Source: Pocillopora damicornis (Eukaryota). Taken from it: DNA of 64,000 nucleotides. Below the pieces are notes generated by a model that worked only from the letters and a program-made list of their open reading frames with translations, had not been told where the DNA came from and did no database searches. Positions 24,851 through 37,695 of the stretch are shown one piece after another; the first letter of the stretch is position 1; each line of letters opens with the position of its first letter. The stretch is taken from contig NW_020843837.1 of assembly GCF_003704095.1 (NCBI RefSeq), positions 248,001-312,000 on the forward strand, in the 5' to 3' direction. A program made the position numbers and the translations under genes.

Positions 24851-26258
24851 TCTATTAATCTCTCCCTACTTTAGCTGATTTTACAGATTTCTGGCTAGGA
24901 GCGTTTAAATTATCTTTCGCTCATCTTGTGCCACAGCTATATTCTCCTATGTTTTCTTTGAAATTTTGCGCGGGAAATTGACACGCAGGCGGCCAAAATC
25001 GATCCCCCTGCGCATGCCAAAAGTTTGACCGCTGAGTTGGAGTTAATGTTTTATCGCATGTCGCTCAAAAATTTAACACAACATATAAAAAAATGTGCTG
25101 AAGAAATTAAAATTAAAAAAAAAAAAAAAGAGTTTCCTAATTTTTTCAAATTTAAAAATATCCTTATATTTGTATAATTTTGCAGGATGGGCTCGTACAC
25201 TCCGATTTTTAGGTGTTTCCAAGCAGCCCCAATGTACTGTCGTTGTAGCGTCCTAACCACTTTGCCGTCGATAACGAGTACAGTTTCCACGCATTCACCT
25301 TAAAAAAATTATTTACGAAGACGAGAGTAATTAGGAAAGCTTGCAACGTGTTGCGAAATAATTTAAGTGTAAAAAATAAAAATTCCATGTCCAACGAGTG
25401 TTGCTTACGAACATGCGCAGTTAAGATATGTTCTAAGATGACGAGTGTTCCTTGAGAATAAGATAAAAAAAAAGAGTTTGTATCGACAGAGTATCTTACC
25501 TTTAATATGTTTGGCCCATACTGTATTTTGAATTAATTTTTCTTTTACATTACGAACTATAGGAAGTACTTATGTTTCATCTCGTCATAACATGAGCAGT
25601 ATCTGTTTAAAGTACAAAAAATGGGAGCAAATGATTGCACAATTTTTCTAGTTTCATTTCCTTTGTAAGTATCAAAGCTAAGCAAAGTGCGTCTAAGAAA
25701 TAGTCCTTGATGCATTTAAATCCTTTTCTGTAGGAATAATACGTCTGCAAAACCCAGCAGTCTGTAATTAGACTAGAATATTTGCATACATTAGCGCAAA
25801 CCGGATAAGTTTTATTAACAACGATGATTGGACAAAGGAGCCTATCAATTCAGTTTCAAATTACAACAAACTTTTGGGGGAGTTTGCTGATGTGATGGAC
25901 GAGTAACCTTTTTGACACTTAATCTTATCTCTCTGTAACTTACTGAAATGACAAAGAGCGCGTCAAACGAAGGTTTGCACAGATAGACAGCCGGCCGGGT
26001 TTTTATATTCCTGTGTAAACAGAGGAGATGAAAAGATTTTAACACCTAAACCTAGTGTAAATTTTAACATGCGGCAAATGTCTACGTATCTGCGGAAATT
26101 ATTGATAGACTAAACACGCGCATCGTTACAAGACATATCAGGCTTACAGTTGTCTTGTTTCGTACGTGTTTCAATTCTTCGTAAATTCAATTTTAAAATA
26201 TTTTGCCTCAGATTGAACGACTTCATTCAACAACAACCCAGAAAAGATTCAGATCACA

Positions 26259-27272
26259 ATGGAAAAAGGATATATCAAAGCACTGAATGTTAGTAACCCA
26301 ACCGAGAGGTTTGTATGCGGAGACATCGGATTCTCAGGTCTTAAAATGGTTCCCTTTCCTCAAACTGATTTGTTCCGCTCCGTGACTCTAGTGCTGTGTG
26401 TTCTAAACGGTGTTACATGTCCGTTAACAATCGTTGGCAACGTCTTAGTCTTTATGGCTGTGCTCAGAAAGCCTCAGCTTGTAAATGTAGCAAATACCTC
26501 CATTTTGTGCCTTGCGTTGACAGATTTGACGGTTGGCGCGTTTGTTCAACCTTCATATATTATTTATCAAACAAGCAAACTGACCACTGCTTTCGCTGAC
26601 TTTCCGTGCGACAAGCTACTTATTTACTCGTTCTCTGGAGTGATATGTATCTGCATGTCGTTTCTGACATTGATTTTGATCTCGCTTGAGAGATACATGG
26701 CAGTATTTTATCCGTATCGTTATGTTGAGAGGGTCAACTCCAAATGTCTGATTACAGTCACTGTCACAATCTGGGTGATCTCGATTGGAACACTGCTAAC
26801 TGTGAGATTCTTGTTCGGGATAAACAGCAATGAGGAAATAGGAGTGATATCTCTCGTAATAATCGCAAATTTCATCATCACGTCGTTTGTGTACTTTAGG
26901 ATATTTAGGCTGGTCAAGCGCTGTAACGCCCAGGTTAACGTAGAGTTGTCACACAACACTTTCGCATCCTCTTCCCAAGAGCCTTCTTCACCAGGGAACT
27001 CGAGTCCTCGAGAAGCCAAAGCATCCAAGACAGTGGCGTTTGTGGCTGGAACTTTGTTCCTGTGCTTCACACCGACCCTCTGTGCCACCATTGTCGACCA
27101 GGCTGGCTTAGCACCAAGAAACCTTTTATATCACGTGATTTATCCTATTGGCGAGACAGCAGTTCTCTTGAACAGCTGTCTTAATCCAGGAATTTACGTT
27201 TGGAGAAATAAGGGGATTCGAAGCAGTCTGCGTGAATTTTTAAGTTCTTGTAAAATCACAGCCAGCAATTAA
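26259..27272 (+). CDS. Class A (rhodopsin-like) GPCR, 337 aa, single coding exon
   Basis: Seven hydrophobic segments; GNVLV, LALTDL, ISLERY, CFTP, NSCLNPGIY. Probable 5'UTR splice acceptor (ttttgcctcag) at 26211; AATAAA at 27491. Confidence 0.93.
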   Translation: MEKGYIKALNVSNPTERFVCGDIGFSGLKMVPFPQTDLFRSVTLVLCVLNGVTCPLTIVGNVLVFMAVLRKPQLVNVANTSILCLALTDLTVGAFVQPSYIIYQTSKLTTAFADFPCDKLLIYSFSGVICICMSFLTLILISLERYMAVFYPYRYVERVNSKCLITVTVTIWVISIGTLLTVRFLFGINSNEEIGVISLVIIANFIITSFVYFRIFRLVKRCNAQVNVELSHNTFASSSQEPSSPGNSSPREAKASKTVAFVAGTLFLCFTPTLCATIVDQAGLAPRNLLYHVIYPIGETAVLLNSCLNPGIYVWRNKGIRSSLREFLSSCKITASN

Positions 27273-27563
27273 AGGAAATTGAAGAAACAAAACAGGATGA
27301 GAAGGATCAAATTAATTGCTACGCTTTTCTCGAACGACAAAACTTCTTGCAGAATATACGTCTGCCGACTATGGGATTGCAGTCACTAAAAAAATGTCAT
27401 GGAAATAACGCGCAGCACATAGTGTGCCTATATAGCAAATCCCGGAAATGCTACTATAATCCACTCGAAAATTCCATTTTTTCCCCTAGAAATAAAAATT
27501 ATCTCCTCTCTGAAATTTGTCTTCTCTGGGTCATGTAGCCACAACGGCAAACACAGGTTGTAA

Positions 27564-30500
27564 CTACTCTGTCTGGTCGCTGAGCAATCCGCTGTCCAGT
27601 CGTGCCTCGGCTTCCAATATAGCTCTTACAAAGAGCTGGTATAGATAATCCACAATTTCTAGGGGGAAAACCAGGTAATCAAACAAGGCCAAGCCAACAG
27701 TAAACAACATTGAAGAAGGAAAAGATTGCAGAAAGCAAGCACGAGGGGAACTTGTATACAGCAAGGAAGAATCAGAAAAAATCTGTGAACGAAGAAATGT
27801 ACTGAATGGAAGAACGCATGAGATTTTAAGTTCTCTTCAAGCCATTGTTTCCCAAATGTAAGTTGCTACAACGAAAATGTTGAGGAGAAGAGGAGAGAAC
27901 TCATAACTACAAAGTGATAGCCACTTTTGCAATTACAGCTAGCAAGACTAGAGCATAAAAAAAAATTTGATTAAAATCAAACGAGCATTGTATGACACTG
28001 TAAAACATTTCACTAACCTTCAAAGTTTAACAGTTGGTAGTTGGGTACGCTCTTCTTGAGATTTAAATATTTATGGCAAAGAAAATGTGGCGAGTATTTA
28101 CTGCAATTGTAAAAAAACAAACAAATAAACGAGCAAAAAAGATTTAAGGCACCTGGAACACTGACGAGTGATTTTAAGAAACCCTATATACACGAATACC
28201 CTTCCTAGACAAAAAGACATACTAATTTGGTGTATTTAGAAGAAGAGAGGGTACCAAAAGGAAGACGGTTAAACTTAAAACAAATCTACGATTATTGTTG
28301 TATAGAAAATCTCATTTTTGATTCAAGACTATAGAAATAAGAGAACCGATTCCGAAATTAGTTTCGAGTTGGTTTTCAACGCGATGAGGAGACCAGTGAA
28401 TGATTAAATTTGAACCCTACACGATGAGCAAATCTCAGCGTTTTCCCACATATGTTTGCTTCCAGCGACCACAATATATCATAGACAAGATTACGAGCCG
28501 CTGTTCGGGAATATGAGCCCGCGCTCTTCCCCCCGAATCCAGGAGGAGAGAGAGGACCGGACACAAGAGAGCGGCGGAAAACGAGCCAAGATATATCAGC
28601 GACTCGGTACATGTATTTAATACTGTTGAACTTACGTTTCAAACGCGGACTGAATGTCCATCCAATCCACATCAAACTCCTCCATGTATTCAGACTCATA
28701 CAGGCTAAGAAAAAGAATTTATTACATAAACACCAATGAAATACCAAGTAAGCTTTTGCGCGAAAACATGATCTTTGCAAAGTACTGGTGTGCAAGGTTC
28801 TCGATCGAGTCTATGTTTCGAAGGCAGACTAAATGTCTATTCAACCCCACATCACATTCTTCCTCGACTTCAGAGTCATACAAACTAAGAAATATACGGG
28901 TTCTGCATAACAATGGTATAATCAATGACGAAAGCCTGAGCGCCATATGAGTACCAAGAATAAGAAGCTTCTATCCTCTTCATTTTGTGACAAAGCTCAA
29001 AATTCATCATCCATCTTCTTCAAGTTTAGATCATGTAAAATCTATCCGTTTTTTTTTGAATGGATTAAAAGTCATTCACCAAACCTTTCCACAAGTGTCA
29101 TGTCATCACTTTTCGTCCATCTCTGGACCTCATTGTCATTCATGCTCCAGCAGAGCTTGTGCAACCTAAAATGGGAAAGCAAATTTTTCACATCGGATCT
29201 CTTATCAAAAACATTACTCTATTAAAATACAAAGCTTTTCTACTGAGAGTCGTAAAACCGGAACTAAGAATAAAGAAACGACGTTCAACAGAGCGAATGT
29301 GAATNNNNNNNNNNNNNNNNNNNNNNNNNNNNNNNNNNNNNNNNNNNNNNNNNNNNNNNNNNNNNNNNNNNNNNNNNNNNNNNNNNNNNNNNNNNNNNNN
29401 NNNNCGGGCGACTTGACCGGTTACCATCCAAGGCGAGAAACTTTTTAGGGTGGCCGATTTCCATGATTAACTCAGTTGATAAAACCAAATTATGTAAGGA
29501 AGAGAGCATCGAGTAGCAATTGTATGACTGCTACCTGGCATCTGGTCATGCAGCTAAATTTAAATTATGTTGATTAGCGTCGTTAAAACAACATTGTAAC
29601 ACTCACGTTCCTAGGGCCCATTTCTAGAAGGTCCTGGTAACTTAATGGCCCCGTAAAGCTGTTCTGTTTTTATTCACAATGGAGGTTTCAAAAGCATTGA
29701 GAATTATACAGTAAAAGTAGCAGCATAAGAGACAAAATGGACTGGTTAGGGCGCCAGAGCATACTTCTCTATTCTTTAACTTTTGATTCTAAAATGTGGC
29801 TTCGGGCCTATTAAGTTACCGGAACTTTCGAGAAACGGGACCCTGGACGCTCTATTTTGCCTGATTTAGGCCCCAGTTTTATCTTTTATCTTCATCGACT
29901 TCTACTTAATCGACAGAAACTGGGGTAACGCACATGTAAAGTAAGTCAAACCGCCTCACACTACTGTTGGGAAAATGTCTGCTCAGATGAGATCATTAGG
30001 TATGTTTGGGACTTTTTCATTCATCGTTTATGAAGCTCACTCAGCTGTTGCAGAACTTCAAATGGATAAAGGAGGAAAGCTTTTAGAGAAACTATGGTGC
30101 TGCGTCAGTGGGAGGTGTAAAAATATAATTTTGTTTTATCAGCTGAGTTAATAATGTAAAGGGGCCACCATATAGAGTTTCTAAACCTGATGTTCGGCTA
30201 ACTCCGACGACGGGCTAACGCCCGAAGCGTCAGCTTTATAAACCCTTTACGGTATTTAATTCAACTCAGTTGGTAAAACCAAATAATCTTGTCGTAGAAC
30301 AGTGTTCATTTACAGCTGCACTGGTCAGAGACAGGAGGACAAGAAGGTGAAAATGCTCCCTTTCCACCCCCACCTCCCCTGCCCCCCTCCCCCTTCCTAT
30401 TCTACTGACCTTCTCCCCCCCCCTTGCCCCCATTTATACACCCCTGTACATGTACCTACCATTTACTAGTTTTGCATACTTGCGGTTCAAAGACATGGAA

Positions 30501-33500
30501 CTTCTACCCATCACCTCACCAATACCAACCCAATCTGAGCCATGTATTTCAGCCAACCTGGGTGAAAATGAATAGAAACTGAACTCCATAACAGCAACAA
30601 AAAAGACATTATTCTATACACTGGATGTTTAACAGTTCATCAGTGGGCTTGAATGTAATAATTTTTTTAAACTTGCGGAAATCTAAACACAGTCCACCTA
30701 TTATTGGTTACTGGGTGAACTGTACCTTTTCAATTTTTGAATCTCACTTTCAGTGTACCTGCAGAAAAATTAAAACACATGAAAACAATGAAGAGCACGA
30801 CACAAATGATCAGTTAAATACACACACAAAACAACAACAACTAATAAAATCCTTTCATTATCCATCAAACAGGTAATGAGAATACTCAAACTTATCAGAT
30901 AGAAGTTGTTATCATGATCTTAACACCAAATTCTCACAACTAATTTGCAAGGAAATGTGTAGCAGCTAAAGGGGAAAATGAACAATCAAATCTTGGAAGT
31001 TAAAAAGTTCAGTGGTAAAATGGTTAGATGCTATCAAAGATCTGCTGCACTGTGGAAATTGATCATTTAAACAACAAACAAGGTGCTTTTTCAAAGCTAC
31101 AAATTTTACAGAAAATTGTAGCCTGTAGTGCTGGCCAAGATTTTCTGTAAGTGTTCTGGTTGGAGCAGTGAACTGGCCCCACGTGGTTGGAAATTTTTGT
31201 CTACAGACATTCATTTGCCTCACTACGTTGCACTTCTTTTTACATGCATTTCACTATTTTAAAGACACATCAACGTTTCCTAATAGTTAGTTGTAAAGCA
31301 TTACAACTGAAGCAAGTTTAAAATGTTAAAGGTTCACTAAAGTAAACCTATGCCTTCAGAGTTGGGTGCTGAATTTCAATGCTGCTGAAGTATGAAATCT
31401 GTGTCAACACAAAATTATATAAACTCACGTTCCAACATAATTCTTTTCATCATAAATCCTCCTTGCACATTGGTAGATAGAAAGCGGTGACCTTTGGATA
31501 CCTTTACCTACAACATCGTTGAATATTGACAAACATTCAAGGGTGTATTAAAGAGAGGTCAAACCGTTTTAAGTCAGAGAAATTCTCATGTTTAAACAGA
31601 AGAAATTCCAGTATTACTGACATCAAATATCCCCTTAATAAGGTTAAGTTTATGTAGATAGCTGTATCTACATGTACTGTAGGTAGTGTAGATACATGTA
31701 ACTGCAGGGACCACAGGCAGTCATGACAGCCACACCAGAGAAGACATAGAATAAAAAATGAAATCATTTTATATTTCTAAAATGTAGTTAGAATTTTGCG
31801 CATGGCTGGATGTGTTCACTGTCCATTACAGCACCACACTTCAACTCCAACATAACATATATGAGCAACATTCAGTTCCAAATGGAAACTGAAATAATTT
31901 GCCATCAGGGTTTCTGTTCTCAGACCACACAAATTGTCAATTAAAAAATCAAGTTCTGTTTTTAGTTACAAATTTGCAAATGGCTGGATGTGTTTACTTT
32001 CTCTTAAAGAGCCATGCCTCAACATCATCATAACATACATGACAGTGTTTGTTTCCAAATGGCAACATAAATAATTTGCCATCATGGTTTCTGATCTCAG
32101 ACTGTGCAAATTTTGGTGATTTCAAGTTGTTATTTTGTAGAGCATGGCAAAGAAATGTACAAAGTTTTAAACCACATGCTGAGCTACTGTTCTACCCTTT
32201 AGATACTTTTTTTGCCATGCCCTCCTTCATGTCCCCATCCTGTTTTGCTTAAGGTCCCTAGCATCTGTCATAGACAGTGAAGGCAGCTGTATCTACATGT
32301 AACAGAGACAGTGTTGATACATGTAGCTTTGTCTGATTCAGACATGGTAGATACATGTAGATGTAATTAAAGAGGAGAGCCTACATAGCTCTTTATATTG
32401 TGCACAGTCTTAATAAACATACATGTAGTTGTATCTACAGTACACAGAGAGGAGATTTATGCATTTATTGCAACCTGTGTGGATACCCTACATCTACTGA
32501 AAACTGTGTTACTAGGGACCTCTACTGTGGATGATTTACTGTATCTGGCATAGCAATAATAAAAGATTGTAGCTCCTTTAGTCAGTGCAGATACACTGTA
32601 TCTATAACCAGATAAGGTATGGTAGATAGTTGCATCTACTGTAGACATTGCAAATAGTTGTATCTACCATAAACAGTGTATATGGCTGTTTCTACAATAG
32701 ACAGTGTAAATAACTTTATCTACTGTAAATTGTATAGGCTGTATCTGAGAACAACATGATAGCTGTATCTACCACTACTACCAGACAGTTCAAGCAAAAT
32801 TTTTAGGTTGTAGAACGCAAAGTGATTAGCCAATTTTACTGTAATTTCAAATCTGTTATTCCTACATCTACTTTTAATTGTGTTGTGTAATCTTTTCTAG
32901 GAATATTTTTTTTATTTTCTTAACTTTTTTTTAGGGTAAATATTGCAATTTATTTAAAATGGCAAATAATGTAATTTAACTGAGAAGAGCCATCTATGGA
33001 TCTGTTAAAAAAACCATTATTATCATTATTACTATTATTATAATAATTATTATTATTTTTGCAATGTAAATGATTGTATCCACCATAGACATTGTAGATA
33101 GCTCTATCTGCAGCACTGATATCTATCTGTCTGGGTCAAGTTAATCAGAGGGCAGATAACACTATCCAAGGGATAAATTGCTATCCAGAGGATATGTGTT
33201 AGCAAAACAAACTGGGCTTCCATCAGATAGAGATTTATCCAGTGGATAGAGTAATCCACCATTAGTACAACAGGGGCCTAGAGAGCAGATTCCCAGTGTA
33301 ACATGATAGTAAATGGACTAACCTAAGACTGTTGAACCAATAATTGTGTATCACAAATGTTCATGCTAAGATAATTCAAGGGACAAGAAGGATACACTTG
33401 GCTTACCAAGCTCTTTGAGAAGTTTATTTCTACGGACAAAGCGAGTCCAATAAATCCTTTCTTCTGAATCCTTATTTCGTGAAGCAAACAGGAGCCTGGC

Positions 33501-36459
33501 AGGATCTGAGAGGTTATGACACTAGAAAACAGATGCAGAATTTTCATTTCAATATCACCGTTAAAGGTAAATGTTTATCTTAAAGTCAGGGTGCCCAATT
33601 TCCAGAATTAATAATAGTTGAAAGCAGTATCTTGCTTTTTGCTTTTCACCATCCTTTAGTTAACCCTATATCTCCCCATATACGATTTATCTTCTCTCTT
33701 TGTGCTACACAGTTCCTTCTAAATTAGTTGAGAGGATTTGGCATTACATCACAATAACTTTCTCCATTTGATACTCTTGTCTATTCACATCATCTGTTTG
33801 TTTGATGTCATACTAAAAACGGTGAGAAGGTAGCCAAGTCCCTTCTTTAATTCAAGGGGTTAATCTCATTATTTGGAATTGTTGGTTGACTTGTTTAGGA
33901 AAAAGATAATAATGCTTTCATTTAGGACAAATTTCATCCCTCTGTGACCCTTAGATGACCACCCTACTCAAATCTTTACAGGGTTAGTAAACAGCTTGTA
34001 TTCTTTTCACTTTCAGGGTGTGTTAATCATCCATTTATATTAAGTTGCTCAGACATCTTCACTGTCAGCAAATAAAGGATACTACAAACTTAAGACAGGT
34101 GTAGAAAAGAAGGTAATCTTAAGTAATCTGACTTTTAGTGTAAATCATGTTACAGCTAATATACTAGCTATGATATCAATAGATGAAATAACATAATTTA
34201 TCTTCTCATGTTGATAATTAACCGATCAGATAAGTTTTAATCAGCAGGTAAGTGTTAACAAAATGTTCTGCTCCATCCACCGAGTTAGGGCCCTGCATTG
34301 GGTCAATATTTGCCATCATACCTTCAGAAATTGAGCCATGTTATATCTTAACAACTCCATCTCATGTGTGGACCATTGTCCTATTCTTATGGTTATTCCT
34401 ATCAAAAATTCAAATAAAAAAGAAAAATGGTTAACTTGGGAACTTTCTCCCAAAACCCTAGCTTATTCATTAAGAGATCAATTTGAACTATGCTTTACAA
34501 GATAATAAAGACATAATTGTAGCCAAATTTTCAACTGAGTGTGGAACAAAATCCCAGATTGTATTGGTTTGCATTACTTTGTTTTATGATTGATTCAGAA
34601 AACTAATGATACTTTCTCAACCAATCATATACAAAACTCAAACCAATTACAACTTAGTCGCCCGCGATTTCTTGAAACAAACTTGAAACCTGTCATTTGT
34701 GTGTGTTTATCAAAATGGACATTTGAATGATTTATTTCAAAAAATTAAAATTTTAATTTAAGATAACTTTACTTCGACAATCAAAAGATACAGTGACTGT
34801 AGAATGGTGAATCTCCATACCAGTGGTTTAACACATACTGTACTGCAATTTACAAGCAGACACTTTGTTCATTGCTCACGTTATATCTTAAACCATGGAC
34901 TGAAGTGCACACACCATGCATATGTACATCTATGTTACTCAGTGACTTGTAAGAGCACTGTGGGAGATAAACAGTTACCATATCTTATACTACAACTGAA
35001 GTGATACAAATGAAATTAAAGAAAAAGGATGCTTACCTTGTTCACTGAATTCAATTCTTTGTGCTTTAGAAAGGTAGTAGTTTTCCTGAATTATCTCAGA
35101 ATTCTTTATAGCTTCTGCTAACTTTGCCTTATCAAAGTTTGGCTTAACAGTTACATTCTCCGTAACTCCAGTTCTGTGATTATTGCCATTTACAACACTT
35201 TCACTGAGGGTTCTGTTTCCAATCAAATTATCTTTGCTTTTGTCTCTCTTCTTCTTTTTGTGATTAGGTCTTAGAGATACCTTTCCAGGGCTGTCTGTTG
35301 AATGATGAGTGTTTGACTGGGAAGATTCTCCTTGAGAACTTACTTCATGTTTTGACCTTTCTGGTATACACTGCTCCACAGATGCCTGCTTGTTTATATC
35401 TGTTATTTGATCACTTGTAGTACAATTTTCACCATTATTTTTTTCATCTTTCCTGTGTTTATTGACTGTACCCTCCGAAAATTCTGACAAGCGGTCTCTT
35501 TTTACTTTCTTTTTCTTTTTCTTCTTCTCTCTTTCTGAAACAATCTCTACATCACTATGCTTCTTGTGATTTTTGACTGTACCCTCTGAAAATTCTGATG
35601 GGCGGTCTCTTTTTACTTTCTTTTCCTTTTTCCTCCTCTCTTTACCTGAGACAATCTCTAAGTCACTATGCTTCTTGTGTTTTTTTATTGTACCCTCTGA
35701 AAATTCTGATGGGTGGTCTCTTTCTAATTTCTTTCTCTTCCTCTCTGTATCTGAAACAATCTCTAAGTCACTATGCTTCTTGCGTTTTTTGTCTGTACCC
35801 TCTAGAAATCCTGATGGGTGCTCTCCTTTTAATTTCTTTTTCTTTTTCCTCCTCTCTGAATCTGAAACAATCTCTAGGTCGTCACTAAGCTTCTTGTGAT
35901 TTTCGTCTGTACCCTCTGGAAATTCTGGTGTGTGCACTCTTTTTAATTTCTTTTTCCTCTTTCCTGTATCTGAAACAATCTCTAAGTCATTTTTTTGTTT
36001 CTTTGCCTGAGTTTCGCATCTTTTATCGCCATTTGTGTAAGTTGCTTCATCACCATGTCTTTTCTTTGATTTTCTCGTTTTCCTGTTGATTCCATATTGA
36101 TTATATTTTAGCTGTTCATCCCATTCAAGAGCTGCTGCCTCGATGATAGTCGTTGAATCGTGTACAGTTTCCAGTTCTTTTTTTTTCCTCTTTTCCGGCT
36201 GCTCCTTTTCCCTTTTCTTCTTAGGTTTATGATGCTTCCGCGATGTGCTTTTTGCTGTAGAAAAATCCTCTTGTTTGTGGGATCTCTTTTGCATTTTATC
36301 ACGTTTACCTTCGACTTTTTCTCCATCTCTAACCGAATGTTCACCATTCTCGACTTGTTCGCCGTGAAGCAGGTTCAGTCGTTCAACCTCGCTTGCGGCC
36401 TTCTGTCTGTCTCTGCTTTCTTCTAACTCTCTTAAGGCCTTTTGATAACAGCGTAACAT
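27564..36459 (-). CDS. TTF1: Transcription termination factor 1-like Myb/SANT protein; exons 36459-35037, 34398-34322, 33521-33407, 31507-31429, 30758-30726, 30557-30460, [gap], 29165-29085, 28704-28636, 28100-28018, 27658-27564
   Basis: Long Lys-rich N-terminus, then phase-consistent GT-AG exons reading GITIRIGQWSTHEMELLRYNMAQFL, ARRIYDEKNYVGTYTESEIQKLKRLAEIHGSDWVGIGEVMGRSSMSL, WTKSDDMTLVE, FDVDWMDI, LKKSVPNYQLLNFEEIVDYLY. This matches the recalled TTF1/DMTF1 Myb-region pattern. The start codon is uncertain. Confidence 0.85.
28815..28884 (-). pseudogene. Dead duplicate of TTF1 exon 28704-28636
   Basis: Same tttcttag acceptor and LY(D/E)SE..EE.DV start; carries a 1-nt insertion, TGG>TGA and CAG>TAG changes, and a donor changed from GT to AT. 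Confidence 0.75.
29305..29404. other. Assembly gap (100 N)
   Basis: Run of exactly 100 N inside the TTF1 gene. Confidence 0.99.
29614..29843. mobile_element. MITE with imperfect terminal inverted repeats of about 40 bp
   Basis: GGGCCCATTTCTAGAAGGTCCTGGTAACTTAAT...ATTAAGTTACCGGAACTTTCGAGAAACGGGACCC. Confidence 0.65.
30088..30290. mobile_element. Degenerate Penelope-terminal-repeat-like element in inverted arrangement, hammerhead remnant at 30201-30234
   Basis: Same family; ACT-CCGACGA-CGGGCTAACGCCC-GAAGC-GTC-AGC. Confidence 0.6.
32260..32790. repeat. Degenerate low-complexity array of GTATCTAC/GTAGATA motifs in a TTF1 intron
   Basis: Many copies of GCTGTATCTAC or TTGTATCTAC and their reverse complements; outliers near 31660 and 33080. 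Confidence 0.6.
33660..33863. mobile_element. MITE-like element TTAACCC...GGGTTAA
   Basis: Terminal TTAACCC/GGGTTAA; internal similarity to 2514-2724. Confidence 0.55.
34526..34670. repeat. Dispersed repeat copy (family also at 12445 and 59070)
   Basis: AATTTTCAACTGAGTGT...GATTGATTCAGAAAACT...CTCAACCAATCA...AAACCAATTAC. Confidence 0.55.
35455..35995 (-). repeat. Coding minisatellite in TTF1 exon 1, about 4.5 units of ~120 bp
   Basis: Repeats encode DLEIVS..E(R/K)..KKKK.K...PSEF.EGT.K.(H/R)KKHS. Confidence 0.9.
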
Positions 36460-36644
36460 CCCGTTCCAGAAAAATCCCGTTAACTTGATGTTTAGAACAG
36501 ACTTCAAATTCGCACAGTTGCGTCCGCCATGTTAGAAACATTTGAAAGTCAAGGGAGATAGGGCCCAGACTCTCTCGGAAGACTTGGATACTTTTAAAAT
36601 ATAAACCTGGATAGGACTTTGGTCGATTTCTTAACGGACTGTGG

Positions 36645-36721
36645 CCTACGTGTAGCCGTACCCTTCTCCCCCGGAAGCCTCCGTTTCACCCTCAGTGGGG
36701 GAGGGTACGGCTACACGTAGG
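36645..36721. repeat. Short palindromic MITE-like element upstream of TTF1
   Basis: CCTACGTGTAGCCGTACCCT...AGGGTACGGCTACACGTAGG: perfect 20-bp inverted arms. Confidence 0.75.
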
Positions 36722-37695
36722 TCGTCTGGGACTGGTCAGTAATGCTTGACTACAATAAGGAAAGTTTTCAACTGACATTTCTTGTATATTCAAACTAATG
36801 CAACAGAATTTCAGAAAATGTAACCAACAAAGTTAACCAACTTCACTGGTTTTATGTTGATTATCTAGCACAAAACAATGTTCTATGAGAATCACTGGAG
36901 GAGCGTTGAGGCGAGGGAAGCTCAGCAGAAGAGTGTGGGGGGGAGGGGTATGAAAGTGCTTTAGCACCCAAGCTACTCCGTATTTTGATAAATTTTATGC
37001 TAGAACAAAAACTTCCAGAGGAAGTAAATCTTATCTTTATTCTTCTGTAGTGGATAACGGAAGGAACTATGTGAACTCAATATTTTCCCCATAAAATTTC
37101 TATTGGTAAAAGAAGTAGAATTGTCTTCAATTCGCACTTGAGCAGTGTCTATAATTTGGATAACACCAACACATTTAAACACACAGCGACCCATACCGGT
37201 GTTTCGATGATAACCTTAGTCGTCCCCCACGTGTTCTTTGACTCAGAAGAAAAAACCATAACCATGACTCATATGTAAACAGTTAATACCTTGAGGCCTC
37301 CATCAAGACACCTCATCCTGACATTTTTGAGCTCTGAGATTCACTAGATATTTCGATATATTCACTGTTCTTTGAACATATGTTTCCATGCAACCGATAT
37401 ATTTATCTCTAATTTATACATTATTTATAGATAACACATAGATGTCTGAGTACGAAATATCTTAGACAGTTTCATTTAGAATTATGGACACGAGTGGAAA
37501 AATGGGAGTTGCTCCTTACTCGCGCGTTCTCCCTTGAATCGCGCGAAGCTCTCTATCCGCCCGTCGCTCTGGTTTTGAAAAAGTCTTACAAACGAGAAAA
37601 ATGGCAAGAATCCCAACTTAATCAATAGCCGACATATGTTTTAAATAATGCCGACCGATAAGAAGAATGACACGTATTTTCAAGTGATGAACAGG

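Noticed and set aside
26259-27272. Idea that this GPCR is a thyronamine receptor coupled to the deiodinases
   Set aside because: Only proximity supports it; no aminergic TM3 Asp is evident, and animal gene neighbours are usually unrelated.
28376-28795. 139-aa ORF
   Set aside because: It overlaps a TTF1 exon in another frame plus intron sequence and has no recognisable motif.
35573-35899. Phe/Ser-rich plus-strand ORFs
   Set aside because: Antisense to the Lys-rich TTF1 repeat.
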